Shown here: positions 17,360-27,480 of the stretch, piece after piece
How positions within the stretch are numbered: position 1 is the stretch's first letter
Layout of the letters: each line of letters starts with the position of its first letter
NCBI GenBank assembly: GCA_028282825.1
Contig: JANQGZ010000059.1
Coordinates: 12,281 to 76,280 of the forward strand
Length of the DNA: 64,000 bases
Source: SAR324 cluster bacterium
GTDB taxonomy: Bacteria; SAR324; XYD2-FULL-50-16
Direction of reading: 5' to 3'
Notes under the pieces: generated by a model
Database searches by the model: none
What the model was told of the DNA's origin: nothing
What the model saw: only the letters and a program-made list of their open reading frames with translations
Made by a program: the position numbers and the translations under genes

Positions 17360-18004
17360 TCAAACAGGCTGCTGAACGCTGATACCGTCGAGTGTCTGCT
17401 TGTTCATTTGCAGCAGCATATTCAGCATGTTCTTGAGATTAGGTGAGGGGTTTCTGAATTCAGTGACAAGGACCAGGAAATAGTGGGACCAGAATGAGGC
17501 AACGGCAATCTGGCTGTCTACAGTTGTCTTTACCTGTCCCTTTTTTTTCATGATTTCCAGTTTTTTTACAAAATGCTGCAGGAACAGGCCGATCTGAACG
17601 TCAAAGCGTTGGGTCCATTCGGATGATGACAGAACCAATTCGACAAGGAAGCTTTTTGTTAAATCAGGGTTTTTCATCCAGTAAGAGTAAAAATGTTTTG
17701 CACAGTGATTAAACTGATCATGGATGGGTTTTCGGGAAGGAATCGAGTCGATTGCTTTCCACATTTCGGCTTCCAGATCATTGTAGATAAGGTCGGCCAA
17801 CAGGGAAAATTTGTCTTTGAAATGGCTAAAAATGGTTCCGACAGCAATGCCTGCATCCGAAGCTATTCCCCTGATAGTGGTTTTTGAGTATCCGTTTTTT
17901 TCAAAGTGGTTAAGGGCAATTTTCAAAATCAGGTCGCGAGTATCTGATTTTTGTTTTTGCCTTCGTGTTCCAACCGGGTTCTTTTGAGCTCCAGGCATTA
18001 TCAT
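17360..18004 (-). CDS. TetR/AcrR-family transcriptional regulator
   Basis: The N-terminal HTH is RDLILKIALNHFEKNGYSKTTIRGIASDAGIAVGTIFSHFKDK. Confidence 0.85.
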   Translation of the reverse strand: MIMPGAQKNPVGTRRQKQKSDTRDLILKIALNHFEKNGYSKTTIRGIASDAGIAVGTIFSHFKDKFSLLADLIYNDLEAEMWKAIDSIPSRKPIHDQFNHCAKHFYSYWMKNPDLTKSFLVELVLSSSEWTQRFDVQIGLFLQHFVKKLEIMKKKGQVKTTVDSQIAVASFWSHYFLVLVTEFRNPSPNLKNMLNMLLQMNKQTLDGISVQQPV

Positions 18005-18172
18005 ATCTCCAGAATGACTTGTGTTTCTTGAGGTTTCTAATATTCCATCATTGAACAGGTTCGGTCAATGAACAGTCTAAACCCGGTGATAGCAGACCAC
18101 TTTCAATTAATCAGCACGATCACCACAACCTGATGACCATCGGTATCTTTCCTGGCCTGTTCTTAAAAAATC

Positions 18173-18202
18173 TTGAACGAATCGATTAAATACTTGTATA
18201 AT
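18173..18202 (+). promoter_or_regulatory. Sigma70-type promoter candidate for the MCP gene
   Basis: TTGAAC (18173-18178), an 18-nt spacer, then an extended -10 TGTATAAT (18195-18202). It lies about 155 nt upstream of the MCP start. Confidence 0.4.
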
Positions 18203-18359
18203 ATGCATTAGTGCTTGTAAGCGTTAGTGCTTTCTTAGGTAACCTTAACCGGCGTCTGTTGGAAAATACAATATTCATGGTATCGTTGAATTCCTTCAAA
18301 GAAATGACGAACATTCCGGTAGCCGATTCTTAAGACTCAACAAATTAAGGGAGACGTTA

Positions 18360-19994
18360 ATGACCATAAAGAAAAAAATGATACTAATGATAATCACATT
18401 AGTTGTCTTGATGTTAAGTTTTGGAATAGTTGAGAACTACGCTCTTCAAGCAGTATCATCAGTTTGGGCGGAATATCAGGAACAGTCGGTAAAAAGAAGA
18501 CTTTATTTATTCGAGGTTGAATCGCATTTCGGATACGGTGGATTCATTCATAATTTTAAGAACTATGTATTGAGGGGTCAGCCTAAATATATCGAACGGT
18601 TCAAAAAGAATGAAGAAGTGATGTTTAAGGCAATACGATCATTAGAAAACTTGAATCCTGACGAGAAAGAGCAAATTGCTATCAATAACATCAAGGATGT
18701 CGCTTCTCAATATGTTAATGCCATTAAGGTCGCCGAAAAAATGGTAAAAGAGGGTGCCACTTCGAACGAAATTGACAAAATCGTTAAAATCGACGATTCA
18801 CCGGCATTTGAAGCCTTTGACGTTATCGAAAAAAATGCGGTAACGGTTGAGGAATCCTTGAAAGCATCAATGACACAAACCCTAAAATACCTTGTGCTGT
18901 TTATAGCAATGGCATCATTAGGTATTATAATTTTCTTTGTCGTCTACATATTGATGCTTTTCCGATTTATTAAACGTTTGGAAACAATGAAACAATTCGC
19001 CAGCGAGATCGGTTCCGGAAATTTGGCCGCTCAATCCCATATTACCGGTAATGACGAACTGTCAAAAATCGCCGCTGACTTTGACAATATGGCTGCCAAT
19101 TTGAAAGAGATGTTTACCGATATCATGAAAAAAGCCGGTCAATTAAATTCCTCTTCCAATAAGCTGAGTGATATCTCTTCACAGCTCGCAGCCAGCGCAA
19201 ACGAGGTTTCAAATCATTCCAATACTGTAGCCGCGGCTGCTGAAGAAATGAGCGCAAACATGAACTCCGTAGCTGCTGCCACAGAGCAGGCATCAACAAA
19301 TCTAAACCTGGTGGCGACATCAGCAGGAGATATGAGCAGCACCATTGACGAAATTGCCCTAAACTCCGAAAAAGGTCGCACCATAACACAAAAAGCAGTG
19401 TCACAGGCAGCCAATGCATCGGATAAAGTAAGCCAATTGGGAAATGCAGCACTAGATATTGGCGCCGTGACAGAAACTATCAATGATATTTCCGAAAAAA
19501 CCGATCTCCTGGCGTTGAACGCTACTATCGAAGCAGCGCGAGCCGGAGATGCCGGTAAGGGATTTGCCGTAGTTGCAAGCGAGGTCAAGGATTTGGCTCG
19601 ACAATCAACGGTAGCCACGGGGGAGATCAAGAAAAGCATCACAGGCACTCAGGAATCGGCCAGCTTTACCGTTAAGGAGATAGAACAAATATCGACCATC
19701 ATTAACCAGGTCAATGAAATCGTTGTTATGATCGCGACCGCAGTTGAAGAGCAATCAATCACAACAAAAGAGATCGCCCAAAATGTGCTCCAGGCATCAG
19801 AAGGTACCAAGGAGATCAATGAAAACATCTCCACCAGTTCAACCGTAGCCCGGGAAATCGCCTCGGATATCGGAAAAGTTAATACAGCAGTCGGTGAAAT
19901 GGCAGATAACGGAGATCAGGTCAAAATTAACGCTGAGGATATTGCCAATCTCGCTCAAAAACTAAATGACATGATAGGTCGTTTCCGGGTCTAA
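18360..19994 (+). CDS. Methyl-accepting chemotaxis protein
   Basis: Two TM segments, a HAMP domain, and a conserved signalling hairpin ([42 protein letters not shown]). Confidence 0.9.
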   Translation: MTIKKKMILMIITLVVLMLSFGIVENYALQAVSSVWAEYQEQSVKRRLYLFEVESHFGYGGFIHNFKNYVLRGQPKYIERFKKNEEVMFKAIRSLENLNPDEKEQIAINNIKDVASQYVNAIKVAEKMVKEGATSNEIDKIVKIDDSPAFEAFDVIEKNAVTVEESLKASMTQTLKYLVLFIAMASLGIIIFFVVYILMLFRFIKRLETMKQFASEIGSGNLAAQSHITGNDELSKIAADFDNMAANLKEMFTDIMKKAGQLNSSSNKLSDISSQLAASANEVSNHSNTVAAAAEEMSANMNSVAAATEQASTNLNLVATSAGDMSSTIDEIALNSEKGRTITQKAVSQAANASDKVSQLGNAALDIGAVTETINDISEKTDLLALNATIEAARAGDAGKGFAVVASEVKDLARQSTVATGEIKKSITGTQESASFTVKEIEQISTIINQVNEIVVMIATAVEEQSITTKEIAQNVLQASEGTKEINENISTSSTVAREIASDIGKVNTAVGEMADNGDQVKINAEDIANLAQKLNDMIGRFRV

Positions 19995-20194
19995 ACTAAA
20001 ATCGGTTTGACATTACCGTTATGCTACCGTTATCTCCCCAGACGATGAACCCGTTGACCAGGCGATCTTTACTTATAAAACGTATCTGTTCAGCATACGT
20101 ACCCCTTGTCTGTTTACCACTAAGGGCACGAAGTTTTTCAATCATGGCTCTACACAGGAAGTTGAAAAAGATCATTCACCGATCGCTTGGGTTG

Positions 20195-21268
20195 TTATGA
20201 GGATCTCCAAGAATTTTCCCAATGCCTCACTTTATTCACGTTTTTAATCTCTTGGGAGAGTTGCTTCTTTTTCTTTTTACGTTCCAGCCGGCTTTCAAGA
20301 CAGGTTAGCTCGGTACGCATATCCAGGTAATTCTGGTAACACTCAAAATCCAGGGCGCCGTCCACCAGGAGCTGTTGAACCGCACAACCCGGTTCACCTT
20401 GGTGTGAACAGTCCCTGAATCGGCAGTTTCCCGCTGCCTCTTCAATCTCGCCAAAGATACCCTCCAATCCCTCTTTGGTTCCCCAGGGTTGCAATTCCCG
20501 CATACCGGGTGTATCGATAACCATCGCACCCCCCTTAAGGAAGAAGAGCTCCTTGTGCGTGGTGGTGTGACGGCCTCTGAGATCGGTCTCTCTCTGAAGA
20601 CCTGTGATTTGAACCTCCTTCCCCAAGAGAGCGTTTAAAAGAGCCGACTTTCCCACACCTGACGGACCGACAAAGGCGATGGTAGAGCCCGCAGCAAAAC
20701 TCATTACAAGATCTCGAATACCGTCTCCCCGCAGGGCACTTACAAGGAATACGGGGATTTTGCCGCTAATTGAACGTGTTTGATGCAGTGCCGCTTGCGG
20801 ATGGGTGCATAAATCGGCCTTGTTCAATACAATTATCGGCTGCACCCCGCCTTCTCTTGCCATGACCAGATAACGTTCGATACCCCGGAGGTTGAAGTTA
20901 CGCCCTCCATCAAGACCGCAAACAATGCCAAGCATATCAATGTTTGAGGCAACTACCTGTTCTTCAGTGCCTTTACCCGCAACTTTTCGGGAAAAAGCAG
21001 TTCTTCGTGGCAGCATCTCTTCTATTAATGCTCTACCGTCTTGCATCTTCAAGGCTACCCAGTCCCCAACCGTGGGATAATCCGACTTGCATGTAACCGT
21101 ATAGTGAAAACGGCCGGAGACTTCCACCTGTCGCAAACCATCTTCACAATATACCTGGTAAATGCGTCTTGATTCTTTCACTACACGGGCTTGCTTCAGG
21201 CCCTGTTCCTTTAAGCTCTCAAAGTTCTTTTCAAAAGACTTATTCCAACCGAGCTTGCTTAATTTCAT
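20195..21268 (-). CDS. rsgA: Ribosome small-subunit-dependent GTPase A
   Basis: Circularly permuted GTPase motifs VLNKADL and GPSGVGKSALLNAL. The C-terminal zinc motif is CRFRDCSHQGEPGCAV. Confidence 0.9.
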   Translation of the reverse strand: MKLSKLGWNKSFEKNFESLKEQGLKQARVVKESRRIYQVYCEDGLRQVEVSGRFHYTVTCKSDYPTVGDWVALKMQDGRALIEEMLPRRTAFSRKVAGKGTEEQVVASNIDMLGIVCGLDGGRNFNLRGIERYLVMAREGGVQPIIVLNKADLCTHPQAALHQTRSISGKIPVFLVSALRGDGIRDLVMSFAAGSTIAFVGPSGVGKSALLNALLGKEVQITGLQRETDLRGRHTTTHKELFFLKGGAMVIDTPGMRELQPWGTKEGLEGIFGEIEEAAGNCRFRDCSHQGEPGCAVQQLLVDGALDFECYQNYLDMRTELTCLESRLERKKKKKQLSQEIKNVNKVRHWENSWRSS

Positions 21269-21663
21269 TGCCCGTCTCCTGATATTGAACCCTTTCCCAG
21301 GGTATCGAATAGCATCTCTATCGGAAACGGCAGTCTGGTGATAGGCCGAACGGCTAGCGATAAAAGCAGTGTTTCGTTATCATCTCCGGCAATTCTATTG
21401 GTACGCATAAAACCGCAATTTTTGCAGCGATGAATTATCGACCAATCTTTCTTTGCCGGAGCCCAAATCCCTATAGGCTCCATCAGTCCCCGGCAACCCG
21501 AACGACGATCGCCTACGCGCATATCGACATGCAGGCTGAAGAGGCAGTGCGAACAATGATTGCGATGCAATGTCCCACTTTCTGGCGGCATCACCATGCA
21601 GCCACAATTTTCGCAGATGAAGGGTGTATTCTCTAAATGTAGATGTGTTTTTTTTCTGGACAT
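21265..21663 (-). CDS. RNHCP-domain protein
   Basis: FICENCGC...LHRNHCSHCLFSLHVD...GDRRSGCRGLM...HRCKNCG. I chose the start at MSRKK (21663), which is preceded by GGAGA. The gene overlaps the rsgA start by 4 nt. Confidence 0.7.
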   Translation of the reverse strand: MSRKKTHLHLENTPFICENCGCMVMPPESGTLHRNHCSHCLFSLHVDMRVGDRRSGCRGLMEPIGIWAPAKKDWSIIHRCKNCGFMRTNRIAGDDNETLLLSLAVRPITRLPFPIEMLFDTLGKGSISGDGQ

Positions 21664-22103
21664 ACCATTCTCCGTTGCGTGCGTAACTAGGCACACGAAT
21701 ACATGTATCATGAAGCGATCTTCATGATGAAAAACAAAAGAAAATCAGTATGGGATGTCCTGTTCTAACGGAAAGAAGAACGAAAAGATGTCTGTCCGGG
21801 GATGGAACTGTACCGAAGAGCTGAAATAGTTTTTAGCCCAGAAGTCAATTCCTAGAACAGGAACATCCTTCTCGCAAGAGTCAACATAAAAGACCTAAGT
21901 AAAAAATTGATTATCGTTTAAAAAGTAATTTTCTCATAAACTATAATTTTATTATTTTTAAACGATTTTCTGTCAAGAAGAAACCTAACAAACAGTGTAA
22001 TCCACTGAAAATATTATTTTTACTTTTTTTTGAATTTTCTGTTCCACTCCATCAATCACCAGATGGATTGCCTTATCAACGTGTTTGTAACAATCGGAGG
22101 AAC

Positions 22104-22136
22104 ATTTTAGATTTACTTGGTATGTTGCTTCGCAAT
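22104..22136. repeat. Heptad-repeat/hairpin element
   Basis: ATTTTAGATTTACTTGGTAT, followed by GTTGC-TTC-GCAAT (one mismatch in the stem). Confidence 0.55.
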
Positions 22137-22185
22137 TGTTTATAGGTTTTATTGATAGAGGGTTTGCCCCAGCTTTTTTTGGGAT

Positions 22186-22330
22186 GTTTACTACTCCATG
22201 TGCATTTCTATCAGTTCAGAAAGATCGGTGACCGAGGGTTGTTTTCCCAAATCCGGACACTTTCATGGCATCTTTAATGTTAACCAGGTAAAAGGGACAG
22301 GCCGTGACGATGGTGTTTGCACCGAAATTT
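22186..22330 (-). pseudogene. C-terminal fragment of a CCG-domain Fe-S oxidoreductase (HdrD/GlpC-like), frameshifted
   Basis: The minus-strand translation reads NFGANTIVTACPFYLVNIKDAMKVSGFGKTT. After a frame change it continues VTDLSELIEMHME-stop. The canonical ..TACPFC.. has Cys replaced by Tyr. A stop lies immediately upstream, and no N-terminal part is present. Confidence 0.35.
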
Positions 22331-22381
22331 TGTTTTCAGATTAATAACTCTTGGACAGGATTTAGCATCAAGATATTCAGC

Positions 22382-22410
22382 TTGACAAAATTTAGCTAGC
22401 TAAATACTTT
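22382..22410 (+). promoter_or_regulatory. Sigma70-type promoter with an embedded 16-bp perfect palindrome (probable MarR operator)
   Basis: TTGACA (22382-22387), a 17-nt spacer, then TACTTT (22405-22410). The spacer contains ATTTAGCTAGCTAAAT (22390-22405), a perfect dyad. The site lies 79 nt upstream of the marR-type gene. Confidence 0.45.
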
Positions 22411-22488
22411 AAAAACTAATCTTAAAAAAGCGAATGCCGAAAATCCAATCAGCCCGTTACGGGCGGCTATTTTAAACTGGAACACATA

Positions 22489-22920
22489 ATGTCGGATAAC
22501 AGTAGTGATAGATTGATATTCTTGATTTTAACGGCCCAGCATCTTTTGAAGAAGCGCCTGCAGGATGAATTTCGCAGGGAAGAGGTTCTGATCACGCCTT
22601 CACATACGGGCATTTTGTTTACTTTGGAAGAAAAAGGGCCGCAATCCATGAACGCTTTGAGCGAATCCCTGTTTATCAAAAACTCGACAGTGACCGGTCT
22701 GATCGACCGCTTGGAAAAAAACAGGCTGGTCAAGCGTAATTCCGTTGGAGGAGATCGTCGCGCGTGGAATATTTCCTTAACTGAAAAAGGGCTTGAAGAG
22801 CTCGACAAAGCTAGAAAAATCATCCGCAGAATCAATAACGAGATTAAGGAAGGGCATTCGGAAGCTGACATCCAAGGAATGAAGAACGTTCTGGGAACAT
22901 TTTTCAGTAAGTTTTCCTAG
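22489..22920 (+). CDS. MarR-family transcriptional regulator
   Basis: The winged-HTH pattern is present: ITPSHTGILFTLEEKGPQSMNALSESLFIKNSTVTGLIDRLEKNRLVKR...DRR. Confidence 0.85.
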   Translation: MSDNSSDRLIFLILTAQHLLKKRLQDEFRREEVLITPSHTGILFTLEEKGPQSMNALSESLFIKNSTVTGLIDRLEKNRLVKRNSVGGDRRAWNISLTEKGLEELDKARKIIRRINNEIKEGHSEADIQGMKNVLGTFFSKFS

Positions 22921-22972
22921 CATTTCTTCAAATCCCATTTTGATTGCTTTATCCCAAAAATAGGAAGTTCCC

Positions 22973-23935
22973 ATGACCATTAAACACAACCCTAAAGACA
23001 ATCTGCAATTAAGTAGCATCACAAATGATGTCCTCTTGATTCACCAGATCAAGCCTCCCGCTTATTTTTCCTGTTCGGACGGCCTGCTGATCCTGCCCAG
23101 GAAAGGTCGAAATTCCACGGCGATTGCTTTGGATATCAACATTGAACCGATATACATCGAGGCCCTGGTTAAGGAATTTGGCCCGGTCTCAGATTATGTG
23201 AGTACCCATGGACACATGGATCATATAGCCCATGTTCACGCCTGGGAGAATTTCGGTGCAACCATACATGCACCGGACAAAGAGGCTGAAACGCTGACCG
23301 ACCTCCAGGGGTTTTGCAATAGTTACAACTGGCAGAAGATGAATAATCCGGATGCCATTGAACAATTCGCAGAGTTAAATGGATATCAGCCCTGCAAAAA
23401 AGTGAAAGGTTTTAAACCCGAAACAACATTCCAGTTTGGTGAACTATCAATCGAAACCATTCCTTTGAACGGACATTCAGCAGGTCATACGGGCTTTTTC
23501 CTTCCTGCTGAAAAGGTTTTACATATCAGCTGCCTGGGTTTCGATAAACAGAACCCGGAAACCAATGGTTTCGGCCCCTGGTATGGATTCGAACAATGCT
23601 CTATTTCGCAATATGCCAGGGATATCAAAGATGCAGAGTCGTTATATCTAAAAAAAGCGGATTTTCTGACCTCATCGCATGGTTACATTATAGAAAAACC
23701 CGATGTTACTCCTTTTACATACATGAAACACAAGCTGGAGAAAAACCAGGGGATCGTTGATCAGGCTTTGAATGAATTGGATTCTAACCTGGCTATTGAT
23801 GAGATAGTGAATGAGTTGCTGAAACAAGACCTCTTTTTTCCGAAAGCAAAGATGAAAGGATTTCTATTTGATATTTACTCGTTTTGGGAATCCTGGATGA
23901 TCCGGCATCATATTAAACAAAAAAATGACCCTTGA
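22973..23935 (+). CDS. MBL-fold metallo-hydrolase
   Basis: The HxHxDH motif is present as STHGHMDHIAH, with a downstream His in NGHSAGH. Confidence 0.8.
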   Translation: MTIKHNPKDNLQLSSITNDVLLIHQIKPPAYFSCSDGLLILPRKGRNSTAIALDINIEPIYIEALVKEFGPVSDYVSTHGHMDHIAHVHAWENFGATIHAPDKEAETLTDLQGFCNSYNWQKMNNPDAIEQFAELNGYQPCKKVKGFKPETTFQFGELSIETIPLNGHSAGHTGFFLPAEKVLHISCLGFDKQNPETNGFGPWYGFEQCSISQYARDIKDAESLYLKKADFLTSSHGYIIEKPDVTPFTYMKHKLEKNQGIVDQALNELDSNLAIDEIVNELLKQDLFFPKAKMKGFLFDIYSFWESWMIRHHIKQKNDP

Positions 23936-23981
23936 GCATTTTAGATTTTTGATTTGAAGAATGTTTTTCTTATCTTCAGGT

Positions 23982-24872
23982 CTATTCAAGATATTGTCTG
24001 AATCCTTCCACCAGGGAGTCGAAGACTGCACGGCAAGGCGGATTGTTTCGAAGGTTTTCATGCATGGTGATCCAGGTTTCCAGCTGCAGAGAGAATTCAT
24101 CGGACAGAACCCGCACTAACCTGTTGTCGCGTTCAGCCAACCTTACCTGACAGACACCAATTCCAGCTCCGGCACGAATCAATGCCAATTGTGCAAGGTC
24201 ACTATCGCAACTAAATGCGAAATGTTCTCGTTCAAAACCGGGGGGCAGCATTTTAGTTACCTGGCGGATAAAATCGTTCGGCTTGTCAAAGCCGACTAGG
24301 GAGTGATGTTTCAATGACTGCATATGCCCCGGGCTACCGTTACTTTCAATATATGCTTTGCTTGCATGTAAACCCAGTTCAATTTGACCTATGCGTCGTA
24401 CAACCAGCTGGGTCTGTTTAGGTTGAAACATGCGGACGGCTATGTCGGCTTCCCTATGTAAAAGATCTTGTGGTCGATTGGAAAGGACCAGTTCCAGCTT
24501 AAGTTCAGGATGTTTGGTCCGCAGTTTGACGATTATTGACGGAAGTACCTCTACACCGATCACCTCACTGGCTGTAACACGGACTGTACCGCGTATCCCT
24601 TCACCTTGATTGGTCGCTGCTCGTTCTAGTACAGCCGCAGCATTGGCCATTTCTTCAGCGTAACCTCGCAGTGCCTCTGAGGCTTCGGTTGGCAACAGAC
24701 CTACCTGGGATCGTGTGAAAAGAGTAAGTTTAAGGGATTTTTCAAGTGCTGCAATATGACGCCCAACAGTAGGTTGCGTGGTACCGAGAGCACGAGCGGC
24801 AGCAGACAAGGAGCCTGTTTGCAGGACTGCCAGAAATGAGCGATAAAATTCCCAACCAATATGTTTAGTCAT
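23982..24872 (-). CDS. LysR-family transcriptional regulator
   Basis: The N-terminal HTH is FLAVLQTGSLSAAARALGTTQPTVGRHIAALE. The length of 296 aa fits the family. Confidence 0.9.
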   Translation of the reverse strand: MTKHIGWEFYRSFLAVLQTGSLSAAARALGTTQPTVGRHIAALEKSLKLTLFTRSQVGLLPTEASEALRGYAEEMANAAAVLERAATNQGEGIRGTVRVTASEVIGVEVLPSIIVKLRTKHPELKLELVLSNRPQDLLHREADIAVRMFQPKQTQLVVRRIGQIELGLHASKAYIESNGSPGHMQSLKHHSLVGFDKPNDFIRQVTKMLPPGFEREHFAFSCDSDLAQLALIRAGAGIGVCQVRLAERDNRLVRVLSDEFSLQLETWITMHENLRNNPPCRAVFDSLVEGFRQYLE

Positions 24873-24882
24873 ACGTAAATGT

Positions 24883-24898
24883 ATAGCTGATCAGCTAT
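24883..24898. promoter_or_regulatory. 16-bp perfect palindrome ATAGCTGATCAGCTAT in the divergent LysR promoter (LysR-box candidate)
   Basis: The dyad lies 11 nt upstream of the LysR start and about 70 nt upstream of the divergent epimerase-family gene. It fits the T-N11-A style of dyad. Confidence 0.5.
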
Positions 24899-24969
24899 TT
24901 TAGTCAATTGTGTTTAGCTGGGGTAAATAATAAATTAATTACATAACCCAAATAATCAAGGAGAAAAAA

Positions 24970-25938
24970 ATGAAAAAGCAACAAACAGTTTTGATTCTTG
25001 GCGCAACTGGCGGAATTGGTGGTGAAGTGGCCCGTCAACTTCGGGATGCCGATTGGACCGTAAGAGCAATGAAGCGCAATGCATCAACAGACGTTGAGCA
25101 GAAAGACGGCATAACCTGGTTGAAGGGTGATGCACTCAGGCAGGCAGACGTAGAAAAAGCAGCCGAAAAATGCAGCGTTATCGTCCATGCCGTCAACCCG
25201 CCCGGTTACAAAAATTGGCCCGGACTTGTTCTGCCAATGTTGGAAAACACGCTTGCAGCAGCAAAAAAAGCCGGTGCAACCATAGTGCTCCCTGGAACCG
25301 TTTACAATTACGGACCTGATGCCTTTCCGGTTTTATATGAGGATTCACCACAGCAACCGCAGACACAAAAAGGTGCTATTCGCGTAAAAATGGAGCAACG
25401 CCTGTTCAATTACTCGAAAAAAAGAAGCCGCGTCATCATAGTAAGGGCTGGTGATTTTTTTGGACCACGGGCAGGTAACAACTGGTTTTCCCAAGGTCTT
25501 ATCAAACCCGGTCGACCTGTTACCTCCATTAGCAATCCTGGCAGTCGCGGTATTGGCCATCAATGGTCTTATTTGCCTGATGTTGCCCGAGCGATGGTGC
25601 AACTATTGAAAAATCGCCACAAGCTTGAGTCGTTCGCTACTTTCCATTTAGGCAGTCACTGGGATGCTGACGGTACCCAAATGATAGAGGCTATTCGCAG
25701 TGTAGTTACCAGGCATTCCGGTAAAGCCCCAAAAACAGCGTCTTTCCCCTGGTGGCTGCTAAGACTGCTGGCACCATTTAACGAAACGCTACGTGAACTG
25801 ATGGAAATGCGGTATCTCTGGAAGGTACCGGTTCGAATGGACAATTCAAGGATAATCGCTGTTCTCGGCAAGGAACCGGTCACACCATTGATCGAAGCTG
25901 TTGAGGAAACATTAAAGGGGTTGAAATGCTTACCTTAG
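24970..25938 (+). CDS. NAD(P)-dependent epimerase/dehydratase-family (atypical SDR) protein
   Basis: Rossmann motif ILGATGGIGGEVARQL. 322 aa. Transcribed divergently from the LysR regulator. Confidence 0.8.
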   Translation: MKKQQTVLILGATGGIGGEVARQLRDADWTVRAMKRNASTDVEQKDGITWLKGDALRQADVEKAAEKCSVIVHAVNPPGYKNWPGLVLPMLENTLAAAKKAGATIVLPGTVYNYGPDAFPVLYEDSPQQPQTQKGAIRVKMEQRLFNYSKKRSRVIIVRAGDFFGPRAGNNWFSQGLIKPGRPVTSISNPGSRGIGHQWSYLPDVARAMVQLLKNRHKLESFATFHLGSHWDADGTQMIEAIRSVVTRHSGKAPKTASFPWWLLRLLAPFNETLRELMEMRYLWKVPVRMDNSRIIAVLGKEPVTPLIEAVEETLKGLKCLP

Positions 25939-25950
25939 TTTGGAAATTTG

Positions 25951-25996
25951 AGCTGTCGGCAATCAGCGGTTAGCTTACAAGGTGTTGCTTTGCAAG
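25951..25996. repeat. Heptad-repeat/hairpin element, variant
   Basis: Heptads GTCGGCA ATCAGCG GTTAGCT (25955-25975), followed by GGTGTTGC-TTT-GCAAG. Confidence 0.5.
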
Positions 25997-26164
25997 GTTC
26001 AAAAATTACATTGTTGTTTTTCGATTCTGTTGCTCAGGTGATGCGGTTATCAAGAGGTCTGTGGAATTTATAGTTATTACCGACAAACCTTGTATACCTT
26101 CGTGAAAAATTTGACAAGTGATTGTCAGTTTAACAGACTATGGTCATAGTGAATCACAAAAAAA

Positions 26165-26614
26165 ATGGGAAAAGCAAAATTGAAGCGCACACCTGCAGGG
26201 GATAAATTTACTGATCTGGTATTGGAGATTTTTAAACTTAACGGAAGCTTAAAAACTGCCGGGGATCAGTTGTCAAAGAACTTGGGGCTTACCAGTGCCA
26301 GATGGAAGGTATTGGGAGCTCTGGGTCAGGGACCTTTAACGGTGTCACAAATCGCCCGTAAAATGGGGCTGACGCGACAAAATGTGCAGCAACTGGTTAA
26401 CAACCTGGCTCAAAAAGAATTGGTATCCCTGAAAGAGAATCCCGATCATCAGACCGCCAAATTGATACAATTAAGCGAATCCGGACGAGACGTTTTAGAC
26501 CGGATTTCCCTGAAGCAAATTGAATGGGCCAATCGCATTTCTTCCGCACTCGAAACAAAGGAGCTGGAAACAACCTTAAAAACCTTGGTAGTGATTTCAA
26601 AGAGTCTGGATTAA
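26165..26614 (+). CDS. MarR-family transcriptional regulator
   Basis: LTSARWKVLGALGQGPLTVSQIARKMGLTRQNVQQLVNNLAQKELV. Dyads lie upstream: TTGACAAGTGATTGTCA at 26111-26127 and ACTATGGTCATAGT at 26137-26150. Confidence 0.8.
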   Translation: MGKAKLKRTPAGDKFTDLVLEIFKLNGSLKTAGDQLSKNLGLTSARWKVLGALGQGPLTVSQIARKMGLTRQNVQQLVNNLAQKELVSLKENPDHQTAKLIQLSESGRDVLDRISLKQIEWANRISSALETKELETTLKTLVVISKSLD

Positions 26615-26641
26615 TCCGCAGTTATTTCTTGAGGACAAGAT

Positions 26642-27478
26642 ATGGACACACAGTTTTTAGAATCGACAAAAGCCTTTATTGACCTTCTGGGACTTGATGA
26701 AGAGCCGTTAGGAGTGTTTTTCAGTGATGACAAACCTGATCCCGGTTTTGGTTTAAAACCTTCCGATATGCCAACACGGGAAAAAGAGGAAAAGAATGAA
26801 GTCGACTGGCATTCCGTTTTCTCAAGCTTTGGATGCATTATGGGCAACATTCGAAGAGGCAGGCGCAAAAACATCCCGGCTTATTTCTCCAAAGAACAAT
26901 TTGGTTGTGCTGGCGGCGCGTTTTGGCTGGGATTCCTCAAACCGCAAACGGAAACCATCATCCAATATGTTTCGACCGGCATTCCCGGTCAGATGGAAGG
27001 TGAGTTTTACTGCGATTCTCCTGATCACCTCAGAGAAATTTTCCAATACGTCGATCCGCCTGCGATCGAAAAAACCTATTGTATCTTCAAACCTCTTAGT
27101 CAGTTTGTGCATCAGGAAATGCCTGAGCTGGTAGTGTTTTTTACCCACCCGGAGGTTTTATCCGGATTGCATCAACTGGCAACGTTTGTTAGCAATGATC
27201 CCGAAGTGGTTGTGTCACCGTGGTCTGCCTCCTGCGGAAGCCTGGTTGGCTGGCCGAGGCATTACCTGGCAAAGGGACTCAACAAGGCTGTTTTAGGCGG
27301 TTGGGACCCTTCCGCCAGGAAGTATTTTCAAAAGGATGAGCTTTCATTCACAGTCCCGTTCAACATGTTTGAGGACATGGTCAATCGCCGTGAAGAATCT
27401 TTTCTCATGCATGAAACCTGGATGTCCGTGCGCGAACGAATCGAAAAGGAGAATGGAAACAAAGGGGAAGCCCAATAG
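26642..27478 (+). CDS. DUF169-like protein
   Basis: 278 aa. The FGCAGGAFWLGF motif and overall pattern are recalled from DUF169 (COG2043). It starts 27 nt after the marR-type gene, so it is probably co-transcribed. Confidence 0.55.
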   Translation: MDTQFLESTKAFIDLLGLDEEPLGVFFSDDKPDPGFGLKPSDMPTREKEEKNEVDWHSVFSSFGCIMGNIRRGRRKNIPAYFSKEQFGCAGGAFWLGFLKPQTETIIQYVSTGIPGQMEGEFYCDSPDHLREIFQYVDPPAIEKTYCIFKPLSQFVHQEMPELVVFFTHPEVLSGLHQLATFVSNDPEVVVSPWSASCGSLVGWPRHYLAKGLNKAVLGGWDPSARKYFQKDELSFTVPFNMFEDMVNRREESFLMHETWMSVRERIEKENGNKGEAQ

Positions 27479-27480
27479 TT

